The translations under genes were made by a program, and so were the position numbers. Shown one piece after another: positions 28,901-39,400 of a stretch of DNA of 64,000 bases; the stretch's first letter is position 1; every line of letters begins with the position of its first letter. The DNA lies in assembly GCF_964204645.1 (NCBI RefSeq), contig NC_134031.1, positions 2,046,001-2,110,000 of the forward strand. The letters run 5' to 3'. The stretch is from Tubulanus polymorphus (taxonomy: Eukaryota > Animalia > Nemertea). The notes under the pieces were generated by a model, which ran no database searches, was not told the DNA's origin, and saw nothing but the letters and a program-made list of their open reading frames with translations.

Positions 28901-30225
28901 TCCTGAATTCTGAATCGCAGGCGAATTATAGGCCAACTGCGAATCATTTGCCGAAAAAATTCGCCTAGTGTCACAAACCTAGCCATAAATAGGCAACGAT
29001 TCCTTCTTTCTCCACTGCTCATCGTCATATTTTGCAAATACGACATAAAGCTGAATAAGCACTGCTCAAACTAGTATTTGTCTACGGGTTCACTATCATT
29101 TCATGTCGTCATCGGTTTTAATTACTTTTTCTTTTCGGTTGCTTTATGATAACGTATACTGCTCATGGCTACCAACCCTGAAAATGTAGAGTATTCCTGG
29201 AGATGACTACAATGTATAAGGATATAGTCGAAATGTTGAGTAAACTACGAACTCAAGGAAACATTTTTGTACTTTGAATTATTTGTTCGTTATTATCATG
29301 GGATTCTCATCACAACACGGATATAGTGTTTCATGGTTAACATAGTCGAAACGTAATAATGAACTGCCTTTATTAATGGGGAGCCTCATGTTTATCATAT
29401 GTTTTCATTCGGATTGTCATAATTTTATTGCAAATATTTGTTACGTAAAATCGATAGAGTCCCGTGTGTAAAACATTCTGGTGAAACATTCATTCGGGCT
29501 TGTTAATATCTCGTTCCATGACGCGTAGTTCGTGCAATTCACCACGGGAAGCGCAAACGGCCGCGCGTCGACATATTTTCTGCTCACATGGCGCACATTT
29601 CGCTCGACGTCTCAATCTAATTCTCCTCGCGTCTCGGAAAAAGTATCACGAAAAACTAAATTTCAAAGCGGCGCCTCTCATTCAGAAACACATTACGGAA
29701 ATAATCTTTTTATTCATTTATTATTCATTTCCACGAAATCAAGAACACACTATAGTCATTATTATGCGCATAGTCGTGAATCTAATTACCAGCGGGTTCG
29801 AATCCCTAAATTACATAACATTGATATATAGAATCTATTATAATATTTATGTTAATGTATAACGTATGACTTGCTTTAAAAAAACTAACAATATATCTTG
29901 TTGAGTGTAAACATTGACTTAATGAAACGTTAGCCGTATATACTGTGAAACGGACCTCTGCGGTTTCGAATATGACTGTACAATAACATAGGTTCCTTAT
30001 CGTCGCAATACTAACGATTAACAATATATAACAACAATATTAAACAATGAAATGGCGTTATATGCATTTTACTAAAACGTTGCTTCGCAAATCATGAACC
30101 GCACGTTAATCATTATATGCACCGCGCAAAATACCGAATAAGAAATTCGCGTTCGTTTTTGACGCTATGAGATTTTGACCCTTCATGTCGCGTTGTTTAT
30201 ATCACTGGTAGCCGCCGCGTGATCT

Positions 30226-30320
30226 TCACACGTCTTCATCCACATTTTGTTCGGGTAGAGACTCTCCCGCTGCATCCAGAGCTTCACCGCTTTCCGTGTG
30301 GTTGAAAAGTGATTTGTACG
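30226..30320 (-). CDS. NIT-GC paralog A putative terminal exon 8 (acidic tail)
   Basis: Strong acceptor CTCTTTTCTTTGCAG. The phase-1 join gives [31 protein letters not shown]. Confidence 0.7.
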
Positions 30321-33300
30321 CTGCAAAGAAAAGAGCGTGACTATAATCTTTGCATAAATCTAATTTTTCAAAGTCGGTCCCGAATGGTTGGAAATCGTCG
30401 TATAGGAGCCTCCCCAGGCAGTGATCGCGATGCCAGACACCCACAATCAGCAACCGATATTGTTCTGCCTATGCCCGGTATACAAATAGCCTAGTCTTCT
30501 GGGCCCAGAAACACAGTCGTGACCTCAGTGAAAAAGTGGTCTAAATCATGAGGCCGGTTGTTAGATTAGCTCTAGTTGGTAAAAGAATGGTCTTCAATCT
30601 AATTCACGAATGTACAGCTGGACCCTGAATAGCAAGATTGCAAGTAAATTCATATTCTACCCGAAATTAAGCCTCGGTTCGAACAGACGCAGCGATATAA
30701 ACAGGAGTTAGCGAATTGAACAGCCGCGTTTAGTTCTTAGTGAACCGTCTCGGCACCGTGCCGGTCGCGTGGGTTATTACGTATGATACCAACAGAGCGA
30801 TAGAGGTAGCAGTGAATCTTTTCCATACTTACCCGGTTCAGGTGTTGGATCGTTCGAGCGGTGGTAACCTCCAGCCGCCTCAGCCACACAGCCGGGCATA
30901 CACGCCAACGACTCTACAAAACCTTCTTTATCCGTCAACCAGTACGTTTTAAGCATCCCCTTACCCTAACGAACGATAAAGAACCTTACGAGGATAAGAT
31001 ATGGAGATTTTCTCACGTAATGTCGTCAAAAAGTCGGAAGATTCTGGCCTACCTTGAGTTCCATTTCGCCTCGAAATTCAAACTTGAATACCGGATCCAG
31101 AGCCAGGCCACCGTAGGTCACGTGACTGCAATGGATCCGACCGGCTGGATTGAAAAAAAGTTTACAAATACAGAGAGGTCCAGTGATAAGGTTAGTAGCA
31201 AACATTGCCTAGAGATCGGTGGGACGCACGAAAAACACCTATAATGAAGTATGCCTTTTACTTGCATCCAAAGTGGAAAATGAAGCCCCGATATCTGTTG
31301 TTCTTAAGATCTGTAACAAAATGATTTAAAAATAATTTTCACATGACTTTGTACTTACGTTGGCCGGAGGCTTCCATACGCGAGGCCGTATTCACCGTGT
31401 CTCCGAACAGACAGTATCGCGGCATCTTTGAACCGACCACACCGGCAACCAGAGCACCTACAAACAGTCAGCGAAAACGTAATTCGATCAGTTAATTTCA
31501 TTAGCGATCAGCGAGAGACGAACGAACGGAAAAATTCGCGGCGGATTCTATATTTTTGTTGTCAATACGCGGTGAAGGTTATTTGATTATTTCAGCTCAA
31601 GGCGATGTCTTTAAATGCTAAGGACGACGTTCTGTGGGCATTCTGTAATCACAAATACCACCCTGGACCCAGTTCTACAGTTGTGAGTTATGATTTGACT
31701 CTGGGTTAAATCATTGAGAATGAATTGATTTTAACTCAGAGTTAACCCTAAGTCACGACTGTAGAAATGGGTCCTAGACGTTATATGCATCGGATATCCG
31801 ACCAAAACCCGCAGAATCAGGTATACTGGCACATCCTCAAGTTCGGGGCCACATACTATAAAAGATCTATCTTGATCTGATTTGATTTATTTGACGATTA
31901 TCAAATTGAAACCCATACCTGTGTGTATTCCGGATCGAAGCTGCATCTTTGTACCGATCATGTGCGGGATTTCCACGTGTGACACGTGATGCAGTAAATC
32001 TAGAGCCATCGATGCTATTTCTGTCAGATGTTTCCTTGCGTTACGTTTCGGCACGCCTGTAAGAATCAAGGAGACGAGTGTATGACCACAATAACAATAT
32101 TCCTGAATATAACCGGATATAGTTGATATGTTAAATGAACAACTAATAGCTCAAAGAATACTGTATTCCTGAAAATGACTATAAGAATATAATTGAAACG
32201 TTGAACTACTAGCTCAAGGAATACAGTATACCTGAAGATGACAATCAGAGTCGAAATGTTGAATGAACTACACTAGCTCAAGAAATACGGTATTCCAGAA
32301 GATGACACTCAGGATATAGTCGATATGTTGAATGAACTACACTAGCTCAAGAAATACGGTATTCCAGAAGATGACACTCAGGATATAGTCGAAATGTTGA
32401 ATGAACTACACTAGCTCAAGGAATACAGTATTCCTGAAGATGACTATTAGGATATAGTCGAAAAGGAATACAGTATTCCTGAAGATGACTATTAGAATAT
32501 AGTTGAAACGTTGAACTACACTAGCTCAAGGAATACAGTATTCCTAAAGAAGACTACAGTAAGGTATTACAGTCGAAAAGATGAATAAACTTCAAGCTCA
32601 CGGAATCTTTTCAGACTCGTCGGACATGTCGAAAAAGCACAAGGCCGCTATATCTACGTGTTCCAACATTAACGCTACATGTTCCGCTACAGACTGACCT
32701 GATACGATCATATACGCGTCGCCGATTGTTTCTACTTTGTATACGTCATAAATACCGATCCGAGCGTCGAAACACATGTACAATCCGTTCAGCATCTGAA
32801 TCACCTGAAACATTGACAACGACGACGTTAGTTAGATCGAAATCGCCTTGGACTGTCTTCAATCCAAGCTATTATTGTGTAATGACCTGAGATGATGTTA
32901 TAACAAATACCTGTATAGGCGTACAGTTCGCTGATATCTTCGTGAAGCCGACGATATCGGAGAAATAGACGGTCGCGTCGTTGTAGGCTTCAGGTATGAC
33001 GTGTCGACCCTCTTTCAGTTCTTCGGCGACGATTTTCGGCAACATTTGAAACAGCATCGAATTAGTGCGGTGTCGCTCCTGATTGAAAACCTTCGTCTGG
33101 TCGGATAATGTATTCGCGTAGCGCTGTATGTCCGACATGATGGCTTTAACGAACGTGATCACCAACGGGCAGATAACGATAACCAGGATAAACACGCTTA
33201 AACTAACCGTCAAGTTTTTGACGTCGCGTTTCAACGAATTGTTCAGTTTAACTAGAATCACGTTAGCCACGTGACGCTGCACCTCATTCAATATATCGAT

Positions 33301-35138
33301 ATAGATAGTCATATTGTCGAACCAGTACGTGCTCATTTGCCAAGACGGCTGGTGATTGGTCAGATTGTTTCGGCTGATTTCGTTGCGCATGTTTGAAATG
33401 TGATAGGTGAAGTTGTTCGTCGTGATGTACTTCTTTTTTTCGCCGTCGAAAATACTTTGAATTTCGGGTATGAACTTCTTGGCGTTTTGCCAGTTACCGG
33501 AGCCGACGTTGTGCTTCTCTAAATACCACAGATAATGGCTGTCTATTTCGAACGACCCGCGCGAGTAGAAAACGCCCCCTAGCGTCCTTTCGATACCCAT
33601 ATCTTCTTTACTCATAACTAACAGCTGATAGGCGACCAGCGACCGCCAGACCTCGCCGTCTTTCGATTTTTGTATGGACATGTACATCCAATCGATGAAG
33701 ATCTTTATCGCGTTCGAATAGAACAGAATTTCGCGATAGGCGTCCGTAGTATCAGGCTCCAGGTAGGCGCGGTGGTTGCGGATGTACTGCAGGAAATCGT
33801 CGCGCGTGTTAAACTGCGCTAATCCGACGGATTTATCTTCGCTTTTCGGCCATTGCGTCAGACTTTCGAACGCCGAGTCGGTGTCCGGGTAGCGTTCACG
33901 TAGAAACATACGCGTTTCGGCTCCCAGTGTGCTCAGATACAGCGCAGTCATGTCCCGTTCTCTCTGTAGGTTGTGGATGACGACCGCGGTCTCCATGCTG
34001 AATTTGATCGTATCGCGTACGATCGTTTTCGCGTCGTTGTCTTTAGAAATCGTCGACAAGTCGATGACGCACATGACGCAAAGCGCCATGATCGGTATCA
34101 ATGTGAGGATCATCATTTTGGTCATCTGAATTTGTTTACCTGGCGATGACGAAACGCTGACATTCATTTTTACAGGATTTAGGGAGTTTGTAACAAGGTT
34201 GAAACTACTAGCATTTCAATTGGCACGTTTTTAGTTAAGAACTTTATCAAATAAACCAACGTTTTTGGTCTTATACATAAATTATGGAACTGTAGAACCA
34301 GAGTCCAGTTCAATGCAGTATATAAAATATATTTCTAAATCCAAAACGGTATCCACCTTCATTGTGCAACTGGCATCAGGAGTTTATCTATAAACTCGAC
34401 ATAATATTTGGGAATTCATGTTGGCATGAAACATAAGCCTTTTAGAATGCAAAGAAAATGAGCTCCGAGTCGCTTGCACGGATTTAAGACCAGTGTAAGA
34501 GCGACCTAGTTCTATACTAAATCTAACAACGTAATAATCTTAACAATTGAGACTGAAACAAGGCCTTGAAGAATGAGAAATTGCGACATGTGATTTCGGC
34601 TACGCGGTTTTGGAATTCTATCCATGCATCAAAACATACAGAAAATACTTGTATTTATGGTATTTGATGGATTTCCATATAAATTAGCCAATTGTTTCAC
34701 TTCCCATCATTAATTACGTGAAATTATGTTCCGCTGTTGTGCGTAATGCATTGACTTGGCGAACGACCTATATCTGTGAAACTGTAGAACCCAGGGATGC
34801 AGCATAGGGCAACGTGTACCATGGCTTAGATTTAAGACCGGGATAAGACCATCTTAGTTCTATAGCAAATACAACAACTTTAGAACAGTTTTCCTTTGGA
34901 CTTAAGAAGTCGTCACGACTGCGCAAAAAGGGCCAGGGAGCCACAGACCACAACATACAGAAGTACCTGCTTTTGTGAGCGGGCTAACACCGCATATTCG
35001 AGTCTTATCTTCCGCGTCGTCAAGAGCATCGGTAAAACTATCATCTTGATTCGTTCGTTTCGTCCAGAAAACCAACTGTTTCTCATTGCTATCGAGACTA
35101 CCGTCGGTGTGAAAACTTTCAGCGTTAATCAGAGACAT
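30226..35138 (-). CDS. NIT-domain (nitrate/nitrite-sensing domain) two-TM guanylyl cyclase, paralog A (NIT-GC family); 8 coding exons, 687 aa
   Basis: Hand-spliced GT-AG exons 35138-34967, 34139-32911, 32804-32699, 32056-31919, 31457-31359, 31144-31053, 30965-30833, 30320-30226 total 2064 nt with all phases consistent. TM1 [20 protein letters not shown]; NIT-like motifs HNLQRERD and DMGIERTLG; TM2 [22 protein letters not shown]; helix [14 protein letters not shown]; cyclase motifs [42 protein letters not shown]. The last exon is less certain: unspliced read-through would stop at 30777. Confidence 0.93.
30833..30965 (-). CDS. NIT-GC paralog A exon 7; not in ORF track
   Basis: TTCGTTAG|GGT ... 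G|GTAAGT; [44 protein letters not shown]. Confidence 0.9.
31053..31144 (-). CDS. NIT-GC paralog A exon 6; not in ORF track
   Basis: TTTTCAATCCAG|CC ... AAG|GTAGGC; [31 protein letters not shown]; 92 nt, as in paralog B. Confidence 0.92.
31359..31457 (-). CDS. NIT-GC paralog A exon 5 ([16 protein letters not shown]); not in ORF track
   Basis: TTTGTAG|GT ... C|GTAAGT; [33 protein letters not shown]; 99 nt. Confidence 0.95.
31666..31773. mobile_element. MITE family B copy in a NIT-GC A intron
   Basis: GACCCAGTTCTACAGT ... ACTGTAGAAATGGGTC. Confidence 0.75.
31919..32056 (-). CDS. NIT-GC paralog A exon 4
   Basis: CTTACAG|GC ... ACAG|GTATGG; [10 protein letters not shown]...LRSGIHT; 138 nt, same size as the paralog B exon. 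Confidence 0.95.
32096..32597. repeat. Tandem array, about 69-bp unit x 7-8, related to the MITE D arm
   Basis: Unit CACTAGCTCAAGGAATACAGTATTCCTGAAGATGACTATTAGGATATAGTCGAAATGTTGAATGAACTA; near-identical units start at 32271 and 32340. Confidence 0.85.
32699..32804 (-). CDS. NIT-GC paralog A exon 3 (cyclase, [10 protein letters not shown])
   Basis: TTTCAG|GTG ... TCAG|GTCAGT; [35 protein letters not shown]. Confidence 0.95.
32911..34139 (-). CDS. NIT-GC paralog A exon 2 (TM1, NIT, TM2, coiled helix, cyclase start)
   Basis: Lies within ORF 32872-34167. Acceptor CGCCAG|GT, donor CAG|GTATTT. Confidence 0.95.
34967..35138 (-). CDS. NIT-GC paralog A coding exon 1 (MSLINAESF...[10 protein letters not shown])
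   Basis: Acceptor TTTTGTCAG at 35149-35150 lies just 5' of the ATG. Phase-1 donor G|GTACTT. The exon end aligns with the paralog B exon 1 end ([11 protein letters not shown]). Confidence 0.85.
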
Positions 35139-36241
35139 TGTGATGATCCTGACAAAATAGAGACAAAATATTATACGAGTTCGCAACCTGATCGTACAAA
35201 TACTAATCATAATGTTAATATTAATTATTTAGAAAGGAAACAAAAAATTATGTAAACTCAACCGCCGATCACACAACTATAGCTGTACTTCGATTTCAAA
35301 ATCAAAACCCCTGTTTCGCTCCCGGCAGGTGTGGTGGGTTTGTAAGGGACACTCAAATCAAAAAAATCAAACGAAATTTACCAACCAAATAAATAACAGG
35401 GTCAATCCCTATTTCAAGATAGAAAAAACATTTTAATGATTTATTTCATCATCAATTAAATCGAACAACACTACAAAATAAAGTACACGACAGAATTAGT
35501 AGATTGATGATAGCGACCCGAACAGAGCCATCAAGGCTGTACTAACTATCAGAGATAAAATCAACGATTATTATTATACTTAGATGAATTCGAATCAATC
35601 AGGAAATCGTAAAAATCAAAATCGTCGATTAATTAAACAGGACGCAAATCTTCTTCGAACAAAGGTTGAATAGACGACTAGCTGCAGGAAACCGGTGCTA
35701 TACTCGACTACTCAATCCCAGTACGCGATTTTATATCAGAATTCAATTTCGTCAAGTGAACTTACGTACGATTTACATCGGTGATATTCCTACTTGCATC
35801 AACACATCATACACGCATCACTGGAAAAATAACTCGAGTAATGACTGGTTAGTAATTCACTAATACGGGCTAGGAGAAAAAGTCAACTAAACCTATCAGT
35901 GCGCATGTCAGAAAATAACCAGATGCCGTAGACACCCTACCGGCTAACTAATTTTCATCTAATAATAATCATCTATACTTGGCGTGTTAATTAATCAACG
36001 ATGGGAACTATCTCGTGACTAAACGACGATCCCGCTGATATTTACGAAATCGTTTTTTCGCAAATTCGAAGTCGATCGATGATTACGAGGAGTGACTTAC
36101 GCGCGATCGAAGCGCCATGTTTTACTTTTTGCGAAGTATGGATATTTCGTTTACTCTTGCGCGTAAGCTCGGCTGCACCAGTGATATCTTTTATCGAGGA
36201 ACCTTTTTTTCGTTTCGAGGGAATCACGACTGCAGTCGAAA
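35139..36241. promoter_or_regulatory. Shared divergent (bidirectional) promoter/5'UTR region of the two NIT-GC genes
   Basis: Positional inference: 1103 bp between divergent ATGs. Contains the minus-strand acceptor at 35149-35150 and candidate minus-strand GTAAGT donors at 35765 and 36100. Confidence 0.55.
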
Positions 36242-36419
36242 ATGAAGTCGAAAGAAAAAAAAGTGGCCTCGATCTTGGCCGACGATGACACGACAATGTC
36301 TACCGATTCACAGGAAAGTTCCGGAGTCGCCCTCGATCAGTCGATTCGTAATACGCTCAATGAAACGGGAGACGCCGGGTGGATGGCTCTGTGTCGCGGG
36401 AATCCGCTGACACTTCGAG
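36242..36419 (+). CDS. NIT-GC paralog B coding exon 1
   Basis: ATG in AAAATGA context; ends [11 protein letters not shown]|GTAAAT in phase 1, in frame with the next exon. Confidence 0.88.
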
Positions 36420-39400
36420 GTAAATTTCGAATCTAATATTTTCAATGATTTCAACGATTCATTGAAGAAAGAATTATGATTGGTTACTAATGACGTCTTT
36501 TTAATTCTCAATGACTCGGACGATTCAGTAAAAAGTTTATAATGACAACCTTCTCATTATCATTGACTTCATCGATTCAGTAAAATTATGATAAGTAACA
36601 ATGACGATGAACTTTTCAATCTCAATGACTTCAGTGATTGAAATTATGATTCGTTTTCAAAAAATGGTACGACCTCAACGATGATTTTGTAGAAGCTGCC
36701 ACAATGAGAGACGGTTGTCAGACATTCTCTTACCAATTTTTTCCTTTTCAGGTAAAAGAGTTCAAATGGCGAAGATGATGATATTGACGTTGGTTCCGAT
36801 TTGCGCTTTGACGGTTATTTGTATCGTCGATTTGGCGACGATTTACGCCGAAAACCGCGGACAGTACGACATCCGTGATAACATCCGGTTCAGCACCGAG
36901 ATCGGAACCGTCGTACACTACCTGCAGAAAGAGCGGGACATGACGGCGCTTCATTTGAGCACGATGGGCGCCGAGACGCGAATCTTTCTCCGCGAGCGGT
37001 ATCCGGACACCGATAAGGCTTTAGACAAACTGTCTAAATGGCCTGAGAAGACTTCCGGTACTATTTCGCAGTTCGGAAGCGCTAAGGACTTTCAAACTTT
37101 TATCAAACGCCATCGCGATAAACTGGAACCGGGCGAGACGGACACCTTTGCCGAGATCAAGTTCTATTCGGACGCTATCAAGATCTTCATCGATTGGATC
37201 TACGCCTTCATACAGGAATCCAGCGACGGTGACCAGTGGCGCAACCTAGTGGCGTATCAGTTGCTAGTTCTATCGAAAGAAGACATGGGAGTTGAACGCA
37301 CGCTAGGGGGCGTATTCTACTCGAAGGGCTCGTTCGAGAAATACAGCGATTATTTGTGGTACATGTCCAAGCATAACACGGGTATCGGCCGTTTTAAAGC
37401 GGCTCAGCGATTCACTGAAACAGTGGCGGATTTCTTCAACGAAGAAATTCCCAAACACACGAAAAACTTTACCGAATCGATTCGACGAATGAGAATGGAC
37501 ATCAGCCGTAACAATATGACCGGCCGAGAACCGTCCTGGGAAATGAGCACTTTCTGGTTCGATAACATGACCATCTACATCGACATCATGTTTCAGGTAA
37601 TTTTTCCCCTTTCTAACGATTCATAAGTTTTAATTTGGTGTCAAAAGAGGGATGGGTGACAACTAATCGCGCTAGAGGTTTTAGTTTAAAAAATGTTAAA
37701 ATCTGTCCGATTAATGCGGGACCTGTTGGACCGCCTCAAAATGGCGCCTGGAAACTTCCCTATCACTTTGATAGCTTCAGAAGTTTCTTTTTGAACAATC
37801 AAAGCACGTTGTTGGTCTATGCTATGACTCTTGGTTCGTTCCCGCGTCAGAGACATAATTCCAAAATAGATCTTAAGCCATGCCTAAACCATCCGGAACC
37901 TGAATCTGCGACCACGAATGTGGTTCAAGTCCAATCATAGGCAGGTTTCGACTGGTCTCTGCCGATTCCGGAATACTCTAATGGTGGGTTCGTTTCAACC
38001 ACGCCTTGCCAATTACGGAATAGCTTAACCTGTAACCTGATAGAAGCGGCTGGTAGAGAGTTTGGAAACCGGAGTTACATCTTAAACCGGTGTAATCGAA
38101 TCGAAACCCGTTTAGATTAGTCAATTCTAAACCCCAACCAACGGCGACAAGCATCCAAATTCGTCTTCAACTTTACTCACACTCATTCGTATTGTAGGTG
38201 CAAGTTAAAATGGCCGATGTCATCCTACAATCGCTGGAGGTGTCTCTAACCCGCGATCTAAAAGAGATGAGCGTAAGCATCAGTCTGTTCGCCTTGGTGG
38301 CGCTCATCTGCCCGGCCGTGATCACATTCGTGCGAGCCATCATGAACGACACGCAGAAATACGCGCTGAATTTGGCCGATCAGACGAAAGCGTTGGCGAA
38401 AGAGCGCAGACGCACCGACTCGCTTCTCTACCAGATGATACCGAAAATGGTCGCCAAACAACTGAAGAAAGGCCAACACGTTAGCGCCGAATCGTACAAC
38501 GAATGCACGATATATTTTTCGGATATTGTGAGCTTCACGAAGATATCGGCGGATTGTTCCCCGATGCAGGTGATATCCATGTTGAATAGTTTGTACATGT
38601 GTTTCGATGATAGAATCGATTGTTATGACGTGTATAAAGTTGAAACTATCGGCGACGCTTACATGGTTGTCTCAGGTAAACATAGATAGCATGACGAGGC
38701 AATTCAATAGAAAATGTCTTGTTTTTCAGATAATCTAAAATCAGATAATTAGAATGAAAAAATGAAGTCCGGAAAGTTTCCTTGATGTAGTAGGGCCTTT
38801 TTTTTTTCAACGTTAGTTCAGTATTTCCGAAGATGACTATTAGAATATTGTCGAAACTTTGAATAAACTACAACACTAGCGCAAGGAAACTTTCTGAACC
38901 CATTTCTCATTCTTATTGTGGTATTTTATTTATATTATCGTTATGCAGCACAGATTTAGTGTTTTTCATCAGTGTTTTTTTCAAAGGCTAATAACAGCCC
39001 CCAATAAGGCTCCAATTGAAGCATATGTAATTTCAAACTTTTGCCCATTCATATACACAAACCAATCATACGTTTTAAGATGATATGATTATGATATGAC
39101 TAAGATCACACGTTGCTTCTTTTATGGAATTGCTCCGCTAGCTAAAATTGCCTTTAGAAATAATAACAGCATTCATTATTTCAGGTGTTCCGAAACGTAA
39201 TGGCAGACGTCACGTGACAGAGATCGGCACGATGGCGTTGGATCTGATGCATCATATCGGACATTTAGAGATTCCTCACCTTCCTGGTCACAGGATGCAA
39301 CTCAGAGCCGGTTTACATTCAGGTACGGTCGATGGTCGATATCCACCTGCAGGGTCACGAGATTCTTAAGCCGGGCGTAAGCCGGCCTTGCGACCGCTTG

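Noticed and set aside
32911-37596. Bacterial contamination or recent HGT because of the NIT domain
   Set aside because: The genes carry multiple spliceosomal introns, host MITEs and a metazoan-type guanylyl cyclase domain.
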